Below, piece after piece: positions 36,545 through 45,657 of a stretch of 64,000 nucleotides of DNA (positions are counted from its first letter, which is position 1; the number at the start of each line of letters is the position of its first letter). The DNA is from Clostridiales bacterium. GTDB taxonomy: Bacteria > Bacillota > Clostridia > Saccharofermentanales > DTU023. Position numbers and translations under genes: made by a program. The notes below the pieces were generated by a model. That model did not search any database and had not been told where the DNA came from. It saw only the letters and a list, made by a program, of their open reading frames with translations. The stretch is from the NCBI GenBank assembly GCA_028724525.1, contig JAQYCV010000033.1, forward strand, positions 36,290-100,289, read 5' to 3'.

Positions 36545-38113
36545 TTATTTTTTGTGGAAGCGCCAAGCATAGACCATCTTGTCGAAGGTCGGGGTGAAGT
36601 CCAGAGTATCCTTAATGGCATAGGAGTCTTCCTCGTAGTGGAGAGGGAGAACAGGATATTCGAAGGCGGACAGCTTGTTGGCTTCTTTAACAAGTTCAGC
36701 GCGCTTCTCCATATCGGGCTCAGCCATGGCTTCTTCAATCAGCTTATCAACCTCGGGGTTGGAGTAGTGACCACGGTTAACTGTTCCGTAGTTGACTTCA
36801 TTATCGTAGGTATGAACCATATCCTTGAGCAGGGAGATACCATCAACAGACGCATCAGACCAGCCGGTCATGAGGGCCATGGTGTTCTCCTGGCGGACAG
36901 AGATATGTTTGAAGAAGTTGGCCTTGGGCATGAGGTTCAGATTGACCTTGATCCCAATTTTTTCCCAGTAAGCAGCTACGGCCTGAGCAATTTCTGCGTC
37001 ATTAACATAGCGGTCATTGGGAGCATCAAAGGTAATCTCAAAGCCATCAGGGTAACCAGCTTCAGCCAAGAGTTCTTTGGCCTTCTCAGGGTTGTATTCA
37101 GGCATGTCGAGGTCTTCTTCGCCCACATAGCCCTGAGGCACGATGGAGTTCATCAGATAGGCGTGGCCATTCATGACGTTCTTGATAATGGTTTCGCGGT
37201 CAATAGCAAGGAACATAGCCTCACGGACCTTTGCGTTAGCCATGGGGTTTTCACCCTCTGGGAAGTGGGGAGAATCCGGACGGGCATCCAGGTTGACGTA
37301 GATTTCACGTAGGCCTTGGCGGGTGAGGAGTTCAATACCCTCTGCATTGGCCAGGCGCTCAGCGTCACGTACCGGCACATCCATCATAAAGTCAATTTCA
37401 CCACTCAGCATGGTAGCAGTCCGGGTGGCGGGGTTGGAGATGGGGCGGAAACGCACGTTCTTAAACTCGGGCTCTTCACCCCAGTAGTCTTCGTTGTACT
37501 TCAGGTCGATATGGTCTTCTTTGACTTGTTCAACAAAAACATAGGGACCAGTGCCAACAGGGTTGTCTGCAATCTCCTCTTCGGTTTTGTCCACGATGTT
37601 TTCTGCTTTTAAGATATACACATTGGACAATTCAAAAAGGAAGATGGTGTCAACGGCCTTGAGGTGGAAAATGACTGTATAGTCATCTGGGGTTTCAATT
37701 TCCTTGATCGCGCCTGTATAGATAGAGAAAGCAGAGGGCGAATCAGGATTGTTAGCCAGTTCCATGGAGGCTTTGACGTCTTTTGAAGTCAGTTCAGACC
37801 CGTCATGGAAAAGGACACCCTTGCGCAGGTTGAATGTCCAGGTCAGGCCATCCTCAGATTGTTCAAAGGATTCCGCCAGCAGGGGTTGGAAGACCAAGTC
37901 TTGGTCAATCATGACTAGGGCTTGGAAAATATGCCGCATAAATTGGTTGGTAGGACCCTCGTCAAACTTATAGGGGTCCATTGACAGGATGTCAGAGGCC
38001 ATACCAATAACGAGCTGGTCGTCTTCAGCTTGAGCAGGCATGTCCAAACCAAAGAAGACACCTAGTAGCAGGGTCAGGCTCAGGACTAAGCTAAGCAGTT
38101 TTTTCTGTCTCAT
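36545..38113 (-). CDS. ABC transporter substrate-binding protein, family 5 (peptide/nickel type)
   Basis: About 522 aa with a signal peptide and family-5 SBP features. The ATG at 38113 follows GGAGGAAAGA. Confidence 0.8.
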   Translation of the reverse strand: MRQKKLLSLVLSLTLLLGVFFGLDMPAQAEDDQLVIGMASDILSMDPYKFDEGPTNQFMRHIFQALVMIDQDLVFQPLLAESFEQSEDGLTWTFNLRKGVLFHDGSELTSKDVKASMELANNPDSPSAFSIYTGAIKEIETPDDYTVIFHLKAVDTIFLFELSNVYILKAENIVDKTEEEIADNPVGTGPYVFVEQVKEDHIDLKYNEDYWGEEPEFKNVRFRPISNPATRTATMLSGEIDFMMDVPVRDAERLANAEGIELLTRQGLREIYVNLDARPDSPHFPEGENPMANAKVREAMFLAIDRETIIKNVMNGHAYLMNSIVPQGYVGEEDLDMPEYNPEKAKELLAEAGYPDGFEITFDAPNDRYVNDAEIAQAVAAYWEKIGIKVNLNLMPKANFFKHISVRQENTMALMTGWSDASVDGISLLKDMVHTYDNEVNYGTVNRGHYSNPEVDKLIEEAMAEPDMEKRAELVKEANKLSAFEYPVLPLHYEEDSYAIKDTLDFTPTFDKMVYAWRFHKK

Positions 38114-38170
38114 TCTTTCCTCCATTTTTGGGTCTAGATGACCATTTATTACAAAAAGTCTTCATGAAGC

Positions 38171-39001
38171 TCACAAAGACCATTTGTCACCAAAGAGATA
38201 GGCGTTTACAGCGCCATTGGCCTTAATTGCCTGCTGGCCGGATGGCCCCAGTTTGATGGCCAAAAGGCTAGAAAGGGCTTCCACTACCGCAATCGGGCTC
38301 AGCATGGAATTGTCAAAAATAGGCACGGCCGTCTGTACAATAATCGTGTGATCAGGCCCTGCAGCGGCAGGAGATTCCAGACTGTCCGTGACGGTGATCA
38401 GGGGAACATTATGTTCCTGCGTGAATTTAACAATTTTGCTGATTGGCTGGTAGTAAGGCTGGAAGCTAAAAAGCACGACCAAGTCGTGGCTCGTCATGCG
38501 GGACAAGTGCAGGCTGAGGTCAGAACCTAAACCTAGCTGGCAAGCCACACATTTCCGGCTCATTAGATTTAGGCGATGACTCAAGAATTGGCTAGGGATA
38601 GCCGAAACATTATGGCCAAAGCTTACAATTTCGCGGGCTTCAAGTAATTTGCTGACTTGGCGCTCTAAGAAAGCTAGATCTAGGTCCTCGACCACCCCGT
38701 TCAGACTAGCCAAAGCGGCATGTTGCCAAGCCAGGTAGGGCTTAAGACTTTCGTCCCGGTCAGAAATTTCTTTGTAGGCTAAATTCAGACGAAGGGCTGG
38801 ATCTAGGCCACAGGCTTGGCGGAGGTCTTTATAGCCCGCAAAACCCATTTTGCGGCAGAGGGCAAGGACAGTGTGTTCAGAGGCTTGGCAGAGTCTCGCA
38901 AAATCACTGAGGGACAGGGGTGAAAAATCAAAATCCAGTTGTCTCATAAACTGAAAAATAGATTTTTGCTTGCCTGTCAATTCCTGGTAAACAAAGTCCA
39001 T
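38171..39001 (-). CDS. MurR/RpiR family transcriptional regulator (HTH + SIS domain)
   Basis: N-terminal HTH region (...SLSDFARLCQASEHTVLALCRKMGF...) and a C-terminal SIS-like region. The ATG at 39001 follows GGGGAGGG. Confidence 0.75.
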   Translation of the reverse strand: MDFVYQELTGKQKSIFQFMRQLDFDFSPLSLSDFARLCQASEHTVLALCRKMGFAGYKDLRQACGLDPALRLNLAYKEISDRDESLKPYLAWQHAALASLNGVVEDLDLAFLERQVSKLLEAREIVSFGHNVSAIPSQFLSHRLNLMSRKCVACQLGLGSDLSLHLSRMTSHDLVVLFSFQPYYQPISKIVKFTQEHNVPLITVTDSLESPAAAGPDHTIIVQTAVPIFDNSMLSPIAVVEALSSLLAIKLGPSGQQAIKANGAVNAYLFGDKWSL

Positions 39002-39289
39002 CTGAACACCCTCCCCTCTTATAGCTTTGTAGCTTTGCAAGATTATGCAAAAAACATAGTCTAATTTTACGAAATAAGCCCCTGATCCTCAAGAATAAAC
39101 TTCATTATTCGCTGCGTTAAATGTGATTAATTGTGAAATTAAAGTTACAATTATTTTACACAGCAGGAAAAGTTGCAGTAATTAGTACATTCCTTGGGTC
39201 TTTTAAGGCCCTAGACCCTCTAGGCTTGTAGACAGAGCACACTTTAGCTTTATACCCTGTCCCACAAGATAACTAGGGCCGCAAGTCCT

Positions 39290-40396
39290 TTAGAGCTGGT
39301 CGTAAACGTCCGCATTCATAGACCGCAAAATGGCTGTTGCCAGGTCTACGGAAGCTTGGAAGTCCCCTAAGCTCAGCATGCCGTAGGAGGTGTGAATATA
39401 GCGGACAGGAATACCAATAACTATGGTCGGAACCCCTTGATTCGACAGGTGGATCGGCGCGCCATTGGTAGAACCACCGGATCGGACAGCCCTTTGGCAG
39501 GGAATATTATGTTCAGCCGCCAAATCCAGAGCATAGCGCTGGAAGCCCGGATGAGTGACCATGCGGGCATCAATATGGCGGAGCATGGGTCCCTTGCCCA
39601 AGCAGGTTTGGGCCTTATAGGCAGGTGTGAAAGTATCATCTGCGGGGCAACCTTCAAAGACAATAGCCAGGTCAGGTTTCACGCGATTGGCAGTAACCTG
39701 GGCCCCACGGGTACCCACTTCTTCCTGGGTAGAGAGAGCGGCAACCACATCGACATCCAGCTTTTGGCCGGCTAGACCCCGCATGACATTGACAATAGCA
39801 GAGCAACCCGCCCGGCAGTCAAAAGCCTTGCCCAGGAGGATATCCTGGTCTTCCATATAACGGGCTTCGACGTCTGGTATCACAGGAAGACCCACTTCAA
39901 TACCCAGCTTGAGGGTATCTTCCAAGGACTTGCTTCCCACATCAATGACTACATCTTCAAGCTTTAAGGCCGCAGCCTTTTCTGCGTCAGTCATAAAGTG
40001 GGGAGGCTTAGAGGTAGTAAGTCCGGTGACATAGGAGCCATCCCTGGTCATTACCTTTACCAGGTGGGCAGGAATATTGGAAGTCACCCAACCACCTAAA
40101 TTGATGAATTCGAGCGTACCGTTTTCCCGGATGGCGGAAACCATGAAGGCAACCTCATCCTGGTGGGCATCTAACTGAACACAGAGGCGGCCCGCCTGCT
40201 TGCGGTCTGCGGTCTGGTCAAGCTGAAAGCTATTCTCTTCTCTGCTCAGGTAGAGATTATGCATTTTGTCCTGGGTCAGCTGTCCCAGGTCCTTCAGATA
40301 GGAACTTGCGAGTTTAGATACATCAGCTTCGAAGCCGGGGGCGCCTGGCGTATTAGAGAAGCTTGACAGCATGGCAATTTGCTCTGATTTATTCAT
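39290..40396 (-). CDS. M42 family metallopeptidase (glutamyl aminopeptidase / FrvX-like)
   Basis: DAHQDEVAFMV and TQEEVGTRGA motifs. The ATG at 40396 follows GGAGGA, and the track ORF extends upstream from an alternative start. Confidence 0.8.
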   Translation of the reverse strand: MNKSEQIAMLSSFSNTPGAPGFEADVSKLASSYLKDLGQLTQDKMHNLYLSREENSFQLDQTADRKQAGRLCVQLDAHQDEVAFMVSAIRENGTLEFINLGGWVTSNIPAHLVKVMTRDGSYVTGLTTSKPPHFMTDAEKAAALKLEDVVIDVGSKSLEDTLKLGIEVGLPVIPDVEARYMEDQDILLGKAFDCRAGCSAIVNVMRGLAGQKLDVDVVAALSTQEEVGTRGAQVTANRVKPDLAIVFEGCPADDTFTPAYKAQTCLGKGPMLRHIDARMVTHPGFQRYALDLAAEHNIPCQRAVRSGGSTNGAPIHLSNQGVPTIVIGIPVRYIHTSYGMLSLGDFQASVDLATAILRSMNADVYDQL

Positions 40397-40602
40397 AATT
40401 TCCTCCCATATTTGTGAACTTGCCTGATAAGCTGTAATTATTGTAAACAGAAAAACCAGGGCCTTCAATCCATGCTTATGCAAGCTATTAATTATTAACA
40501 AAATGTGTATTTATGCATAGTCTCAGTCGCTTTTAGGATCGTCCTTCTAATGGACCCTCCCGCCTTAGCAACTATTTCGGATTTCTTGGATCTCCGACAA
40601 AT

Positions 40603-40720
40603 TTGCAAGTAATGGATGGCTCTCCGCGCCCAAAGCACCCATTAGCTGCAGATTTGCCCTCTTGACCATCCACTTCTTGCAAACTTGTCCGGCGCCCCAC
40701 CCATTAGCTGCAAAAATGCC
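40603..40720. repeat. Two copies of a ~60-bp direct repeat (core CACCCATTAGCTGCA)
   Basis: The 15-mer CACCCATTAGCTGCA occurs at 40636-40650 and 40698-40712, 62 bp apart. Each copy is preceded by TTGCAA...CCGCGCCC / CCGGCGCCCC. Confidence 0.7.
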
Positions 40721-40751
40721 TGAGAATCCAGAAAACCGAACGAGTATGGCC

Positions 40752-40790
40752 CATAAAAATAACCCCCTCGCCTACTAGAGGCAGGGGGCC
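40752..40790 (-). terminator. Rho-independent terminator of the LPXTG gene
   Basis: Minus strand reads CCCCCTGCC-TCTAGTA-GGCGAGGGGG followed by TTATTTTTAT. Confidence 0.65.
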
Positions 40791-40822
40791 TAGTATCACT
40801 TTGATAGTGTTAAGAAAAAGGT

Positions 40823-42160
40823 CTAGCGGGTATGTTGCAAGAGAATACCCAGCAGGGTTGAAGCAAAGCTACCGATTATTAAGGAGCTAGACTGAGCGCT
40901 GCCTGTTGCAGGCAAAGCTCTGACGTTGTCTTGCAGGACAGCAACAGGAGCTTGAGCTTGGGGCGAGCTTGCTTGAGGCTGATCCAAAGGAACGGTGATT
41001 GTACCAGAGTTATCTAAGACGATAGGAGCATTTACGATTATTTCTGGATATTCCTCATAGTGAGCTGTAAAAGTATGGTCGCCTACCACCGTATAGCTAT
41101 CACCTGGGTGATAGAGTGATCCTTCCCAATAGAGGAAGTTGTGGCCATCTAATGTGGGGCCTGCGGGGATGGTGATGCTTTCTCCAACCGGGGCCGTCAT
41201 TTTGACCGGATCCTGTGAACCGTTTTCCCAATGCCCTTCAGCCGGGTCAAAAGTGAGTTCGGCCATTTCTTGAAGAACTTCTTTGGCAGAAAGGGTGACA
41301 GTCCAACCGTCTAAGTCATTACCTGTAACTTTTAGATCGTAGCGTTCCTTGAGGGCATCTGCTTGATCCCCAGCAAACTCGGCCCGTAACTCAAATTCTC
41401 TGTATTTATCTGTATAGGGACTAAATTGATTAAGGCTATTCTGGTGTACTGCGTAATAAAATTTATCTTCTTTACCTGCTTCATCTGTCTTCCATAATTG
41501 CGGATCGCCAGGCTTAAATGTCACCTCTCGCTCAATAATCCCTGCATTACCTCTAAGTGGATATGTCAGCTCACCATCTTCTGTTTTAGCAACCGTATAC
41601 CGGATAGGTATTTCTTCCTCAGGATCAAGTGTTAAGCCATCAGCCAATTTTTGCTCGACATTTAGATTCATATTTTGGCAAAAGAGAGCATTAACCTCTA
41701 AGGTGTTTGAATTAAGACCACCGCTAACTCCGTAAATTTTATTTTCGCTATAAATAGGCAAATAAACTCCTTCAAAAGTGACAAATTCATGAATTTGTTC
41801 ATTAATGTCTTTCACGTTTTCTCGTGAAAGAGTTAAAATTTTCTTTTCGCCAATCTCACCTGAATAAGTCATCCATTCAGAGTAGTATTGTGGACCAGTT
41901 CTTTTTCCAGTCTCCTTATCAGTGTCAGTGAATAGTATGGCATAAGTGAAGGAAACACTTTTTCCCTTATCAGCAGGATTATAGAAACCGGTACTTAAAT
42001 CATAATGATTCCACTTTAATATAATTTTTTGCGTGTTTGCCTTTTCTTGCTCTTGCCCATCCCCTTCACCTTCTGCCAGGACCACTTGCGCGGGCAGGCA
42101 GGCTAAGAAGATACCAAAGAGCAGGGAAAAGATTAATAATGCTGTTATCTTTCGTTTCAT
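40823..42160 (-). CDS. LPXTG-anchored surface protein with a C-terminal Listeria-Bacteroides (Flg_new)-type repeat
   Basis: Signal peptide from the ATG at 42160 (RBS GGAGG). The C-terminus reads LPATG, then a hydrophobic stretch, then HTR. ...LDGHNFLYWEGS...GDHTFTAHY resembles the Flg_new repeat. Confidence 0.8.
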   Translation of the reverse strand: MKRKITALLIFSLLFGIFLACLPAQVVLAEGEGDGQEQEKANTQKIILKWNHYDLSTGFYNPADKGKSVSFTYAILFTDTDKETGKRTGPQYYSEWMTYSGEIGEKKILTLSRENVKDINEQIHEFVTFEGVYLPIYSENKIYGVSGGLNSNTLEVNALFCQNMNLNVEQKLADGLTLDPEEEIPIRYTVAKTEDGELTYPLRGNAGIIEREVTFKPGDPQLWKTDEAGKEDKFYYAVHQNSLNQFSPYTDKYREFELRAEFAGDQADALKERYDLKVTGNDLDGWTVTLSAKEVLQEMAELTFDPAEGHWENGSQDPVKMTAPVGESITIPAGPTLDGHNFLYWEGSLYHPGDSYTVVGDHTFTAHYEEYPEIIVNAPIVLDNSGTITVPLDQPQASSPQAQAPVAVLQDNVRALPATGSAQSSSLIIGSFASTLLGILLQHTR

Positions 42161-42360
42161 GAGAATACCTCCTCTTGTATTGTTCATATATTATAAAAAA
42201 AAAACCGATATTGCAATTGCAATTCGAAGACATTTGAGACAGGAGGTATTAAGTGTGAGCCTTTTAGAAACTAATTGATAATGATAAAAGCATCCGATAT
42301 GGAGATTAGAGGTATTTATTGAATAAAAAGCATCAATCGCCTAATACGCAAGGCAGTCAA

Positions 42361-42790
42361 CATTGGTGGCATTTTAGCCTTTCAACTATTAGCCACCAAT
42401 GGGCGTACTGCGGAAAAATTTTCTATTGGCGTTAAATTAGGAAAATGCTGTTTTGCCGCCAAAAGTTAAGCGGAATAAAAACTTCAAATTGGTGGATATT
42501 TAGGAAAATGCGATTTTCCCGGCAATTATGAGAGGCCACAAGAATTTTGCTTTGGAGGCATTTATGCTTTTTAGCCTTTAACCGCCAATGACTGGGCTGG
42601 CGAAAAAAATTCTATTGGCTGAAAATTGGGAAAAACATTATTTTGCCACCAATAATGGGCCCCTGCAAAAAAATGAGTAGTGACGGCATTTCGCCTTTTC
42701 AGCCCTTTACCACCAAAGAACCTGCGGGGGTAATTTCCCTCTTGGTGTTAAAATAGAGAAATCGCAGTTTTGCCGCCAATCGCCAACAAT
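42361..42790. repeat. Array of about seven 57-70-bp hairpin-type repeat units (ATTGGYGG ... CCRCCAAT)
   Basis: The best copy is CATTGGTGGC (42361-42370) paired with GCCACCAATG (42392-42401). Two loop types alternate: GGCATTT..TAGCCTTT.AAC and TTAAATTAGGAAAATGC.GTTTTGCC. Linkers end in CTGCGG/CTGCAA plus an A-run. Confidence 0.8.
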
Positions 42791-42796
42791 AGAAGA

Positions 42797-43780
42797 TTAT
42801 AGCTGAATCACAAGATATTCCGGAGGGGCGGCGAAGCGGGCAGGGATGCCGACTGTGCCAAGGCCGGCAGTGACGATTAATTTGCCTGGGGCCTGGGGAA
42901 AATCGTAGAGGCCATAGGGATAGTGTTTGGCTTGACAAGGCTTGTAAAGCTGGAGGCCAAAGGGGCGTATTTGCCCCCGGTGGCTGTGCCCGCTAATAAA
43001 GAGCGTGGGGACAGAAAAACCACCGGCCTGGAGATAGGCCGCGGCAGGGTCCGGTTCATGTAAGAGGACTAATTGGGCTTGAAGGGGCACTTGGGTTGCT
43101 GGACGGCTAGGGTCCGCAGGGGCTTCCTGAGTATTATCTGGGCTGTGAGACTCTTCTTGACAGGCTTTTTTTGGGGATGAAATCCCCAGCTGATGGGACA
43201 CAAAGGCCTGGAGGGGAGCAGGGTCAGGGTGGGCGACTGAGCAGGCAGCGGCCAGGTCTGGCTGGCCATAGAGGGCATCATCGAGGCCCATCAGCTGGAG
43301 GCCATGGAGGACCAGGCCCTGGTTGACTAAGGCCTCTGCCCCCATAGCGCCCATAGCCTGATTGAAGAAGTCTCGAGCGGCTGGGCTTTCAATATCGTGG
43401 TTGCCCCGTACGGCATAAAAGCCTAGGGGGGCCAGGTCTTTGAGCTGGGACAGGCTCTGCAAATAGGCTTCCCTCTCCTCCGGTGAAAAGAGGTCGGCGG
43501 ACTCGGAGAGGTCGCCGGCGAAGAGGAGGAGGTCGGGCTGTTCTGCCCGGATGAGGCCGAGGAAATAGTCTAGACGGTCTAGGGGGAGACCCTCACCTAC
43601 ATGGAGGTCAGACAGGCAAAGAATTTTCTTATCCTGCCAAAAGTCCGCTAAGCCGGGGACAGAGAAATTGTATTTTTGTACTTGTACCCGTTTGACTTCA
43701 ATAAAAAAGCCCCAATAGAGGCAGGCTCCAGCGGCCAGGCTACATAAGATAATTATGAGTATGGCAACATAGCCGGGCAT
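42797..43780 (-). CDS. Membrane-anchored metallophosphoesterase (calcineurin-like)
   Basis: N-terminal TM segment plus motifs DLHVG, GDLSE, GNHD and GHSH. Confidence 0.8.
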   Translation of the reverse strand: MPGYVAILIIILCSLAAGACLYWGFFIEVKRVQVQKYNFSVPGLADFWQDKKILCLSDLHVGEGLPLDRLDYFLGLIRAEQPDLLLFAGDLSESADLFSPEEREAYLQSLSQLKDLAPLGFYAVRGNHDIESPAARDFFNQAMGAMGAEALVNQGLVLHGLQLMGLDDALYGQPDLAAACSVAHPDPAPLQAFVSHQLGISSPKKACQEESHSPDNTQEAPADPSRPATQVPLQAQLVLLHEPDPAAAYLQAGGFSVPTLFISGHSHRGQIRPFGLQLYKPCQAKHYPYGLYDFPQAPGKLIVTAGLGTVGIPARFAAPPEYLVIQL

Positions 43781-43829
43781 ACATCTTCCTCTCTAGCTTG
43801 TACAGAGTAGGCCGCAGATCCGTGGGGCC

Positions 43830-45479
43830 TTAGCCTAGAAAAAACTGGGCTTTCTTGCGGGCGATAGTCTCAATCTTGGCCATATATTCACCCAGGTCTT
43901 TGCTGTTGTAAAGTCGGTCCAGGTGGCCATCTTTCAAACGTTTACTGGCGGCACCCGCACCCAGGCCAATCACTTGGCGCTGGTCGGACATCATGCCGAC
44001 ATTGTAGGCACAGGCCTGGCCGGCTTGGGCATAGCCTGTGTTTTCCAGGCCAGAGATCACCTGTTTTTGCCGGTAGAGATAGTAGGCTTCATAGCCGGCT
44101 TCCCGTAAATCTTCTTCGGCCTGGTTTAAGGCGTTCAGCCAGGCGGGGGCAGGCAACAATAACTGGGCCTGGAGGTCCTGGGCAGGAGGCTGGGCCGGAT
44201 CGGGGTCTAGCTTGTCTCCCGGGGCTGGATCAAGGTCCTTATGGTCCCCCTGAGACAGGTTTTGGAACTGGTCAAAGAGATAGGCAGACCTTTTAAAGGC
44301 TAAACTGTGGATGGTCAGAGAGGCAGGGGCCAAGCCCAAGACTTGGCTTAGGTTGTCGGCAAAATCCTGGGAATCTTCCCCTGGCAAGCCGAGAATCAAG
44401 TCCATATTGATGTCGTCAAAGCCCGCCTGGCGGGCCAGATCGAAAGCATTGTAGACTTGGGCTACTGTATGACGACGGCCAATCCGCTTTAAGGTCCTAT
44501 CCTGCATAGTCTGGGGATTGATACAAAGGCGACCTATGCCCTGGTCTTGCATGACTTGTAGCTTATCCCAGTCTAGGGTGTCCGCCCTCCCCGCCTCAAC
44601 GGTTAGCTCGACATCCGGCCGCAAGGGTAAATATCGGCGGGCGCTACTCAAGACCAAGTCTAGGTCAGCCGCAGACAATGAAGTAGGTGTGCCGCCACCC
44701 ATATAGAGGGCAGCCACTTGTCCCTGCCCTGCCAGCTCTTGGCCAACCAACTGGATCTCCCGGGCCAGGGCCCTGGCGTAGTCCCCCAGCTGGTCAGCAA
44801 AGCGGGAGGCGTCTTGGGCAATAAAGGAGCAATAGGCGCAGCGGCCAGGGCAGAAAGGCACGCCGAGATAGACCAGGTAGTCTTCGGAGGGCAGGGGCGC
44901 TAAAATAGCCTGCTCAGCCAGGGTCACCTGGACTAGCTTAGTGGCTTTGAGGGGATCTAGGGCAAAATGCTCCTGCAAGGTTTGGGCCAGTAGAGGCGGC
45001 TCTAACCCACTATCAATGAGTTGGGCCGCAACCTGGCTGGGCCTCACCCCAGTCAGCGACCCCCAGGGCCAAGAAATACCGGTAAGTTCCGAGAGGGCAA
45101 AGTAGGCCTGGCGCTTGAGCTCTCGTCGAACATCCGCGGAAGGTACGGTCTGGCTGACCTGCCAGAGACTTTTAGTCTGCCCTTCCCTTGGCTCTGGCAG
45201 TATGGCCATGGCCCCCCCTGGATCGCCTAGGGCGGCCTGAGGAATGAGGCTAGTCGTAACCGTCACAGGCGGGGCCTCTTCCCTGCCCCGTAGAACGTTT
45301 AAGCTGAGGGGGCGGCTAAGTGCGCTGCAAACGGCCAGGTCCAAACCCTTATAGGCCGGACTGACCGCATACAAGGGACCCTGAAAGCCCTCCTCGTAGG
45401 TTTCTAAGCGAGAGAAAAATAGGCGGAGGGTGTCCCGCAGGCAGGCTTTTTCTTGGTGGTTTTGCAAGATAAAACGCAT
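43830..45479 (-). CDS. HemN/HemZ-family radical SAM protein (coproporphyrinogen dehydrogenase-like)
   Basis: 549 aa with CPGRCAYC (CX3CX2C) in a HemN-like context and a long N-terminal extension as in HemZ. Confidence 0.7.
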   Translation of the reverse strand: MRFILQNHQEKACLRDTLRLFFSRLETYEEGFQGPLYAVSPAYKGLDLAVCSALSRPLSLNVLRGREEAPPVTVTTSLIPQAALGDPGGAMAILPEPREGQTKSLWQVSQTVPSADVRRELKRQAYFALSELTGISWPWGSLTGVRPSQVAAQLIDSGLEPPLLAQTLQEHFALDPLKATKLVQVTLAEQAILAPLPSEDYLVYLGVPFCPGRCAYCSFIAQDASRFADQLGDYARALAREIQLVGQELAGQGQVAALYMGGGTPTSLSAADLDLVLSSARRYLPLRPDVELTVEAGRADTLDWDKLQVMQDQGIGRLCINPQTMQDRTLKRIGRRHTVAQVYNAFDLARQAGFDDINMDLILGLPGEDSQDFADNLSQVLGLAPASLTIHSLAFKRSAYLFDQFQNLSQGDHKDLDPAPGDKLDPDPAQPPAQDLQAQLLLPAPAWLNALNQAEEDLREAGYEAYYLYRQKQVISGLENTGYAQAGQACAYNVGMMSDQRQVIGLGAGAASKRLKDGHLDRLYNSKDLGEYMAKIETIARKKAQFFLG

Positions 45480-45657
45480 AGAAAAATTCTAGCCCGCCCT
45501 TTTTCTAGCGTCAATGACCTCTCTGGCAAAAAGAAAGTGCCTCCCGGGGGAGGCACGATTCGTAAACTTGTGAGGTTGAGCGTCAAGCTTGGCTGAGTAA
45601 GAAGTTTAACTCAGCAAAACTTAACTCTGCGAGAAGCCTGACCAAACGAAAATCTGG

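Noticed and set aside
42361-42790. CRISPR-like appearance of the regularly spaced repeats
   Set aside because: The units are imperfect inverted repeats with conserved loops and linkers and no unique spacers. No leader or cas genes are present.
42699-42938. 79-aa minus-strand ORF running from the metallophosphoesterase 3' end into the repeat array
   Set aside because: It is in an alternative frame of a motif-supported gene and then continues into repeat DNA, with no RBS.
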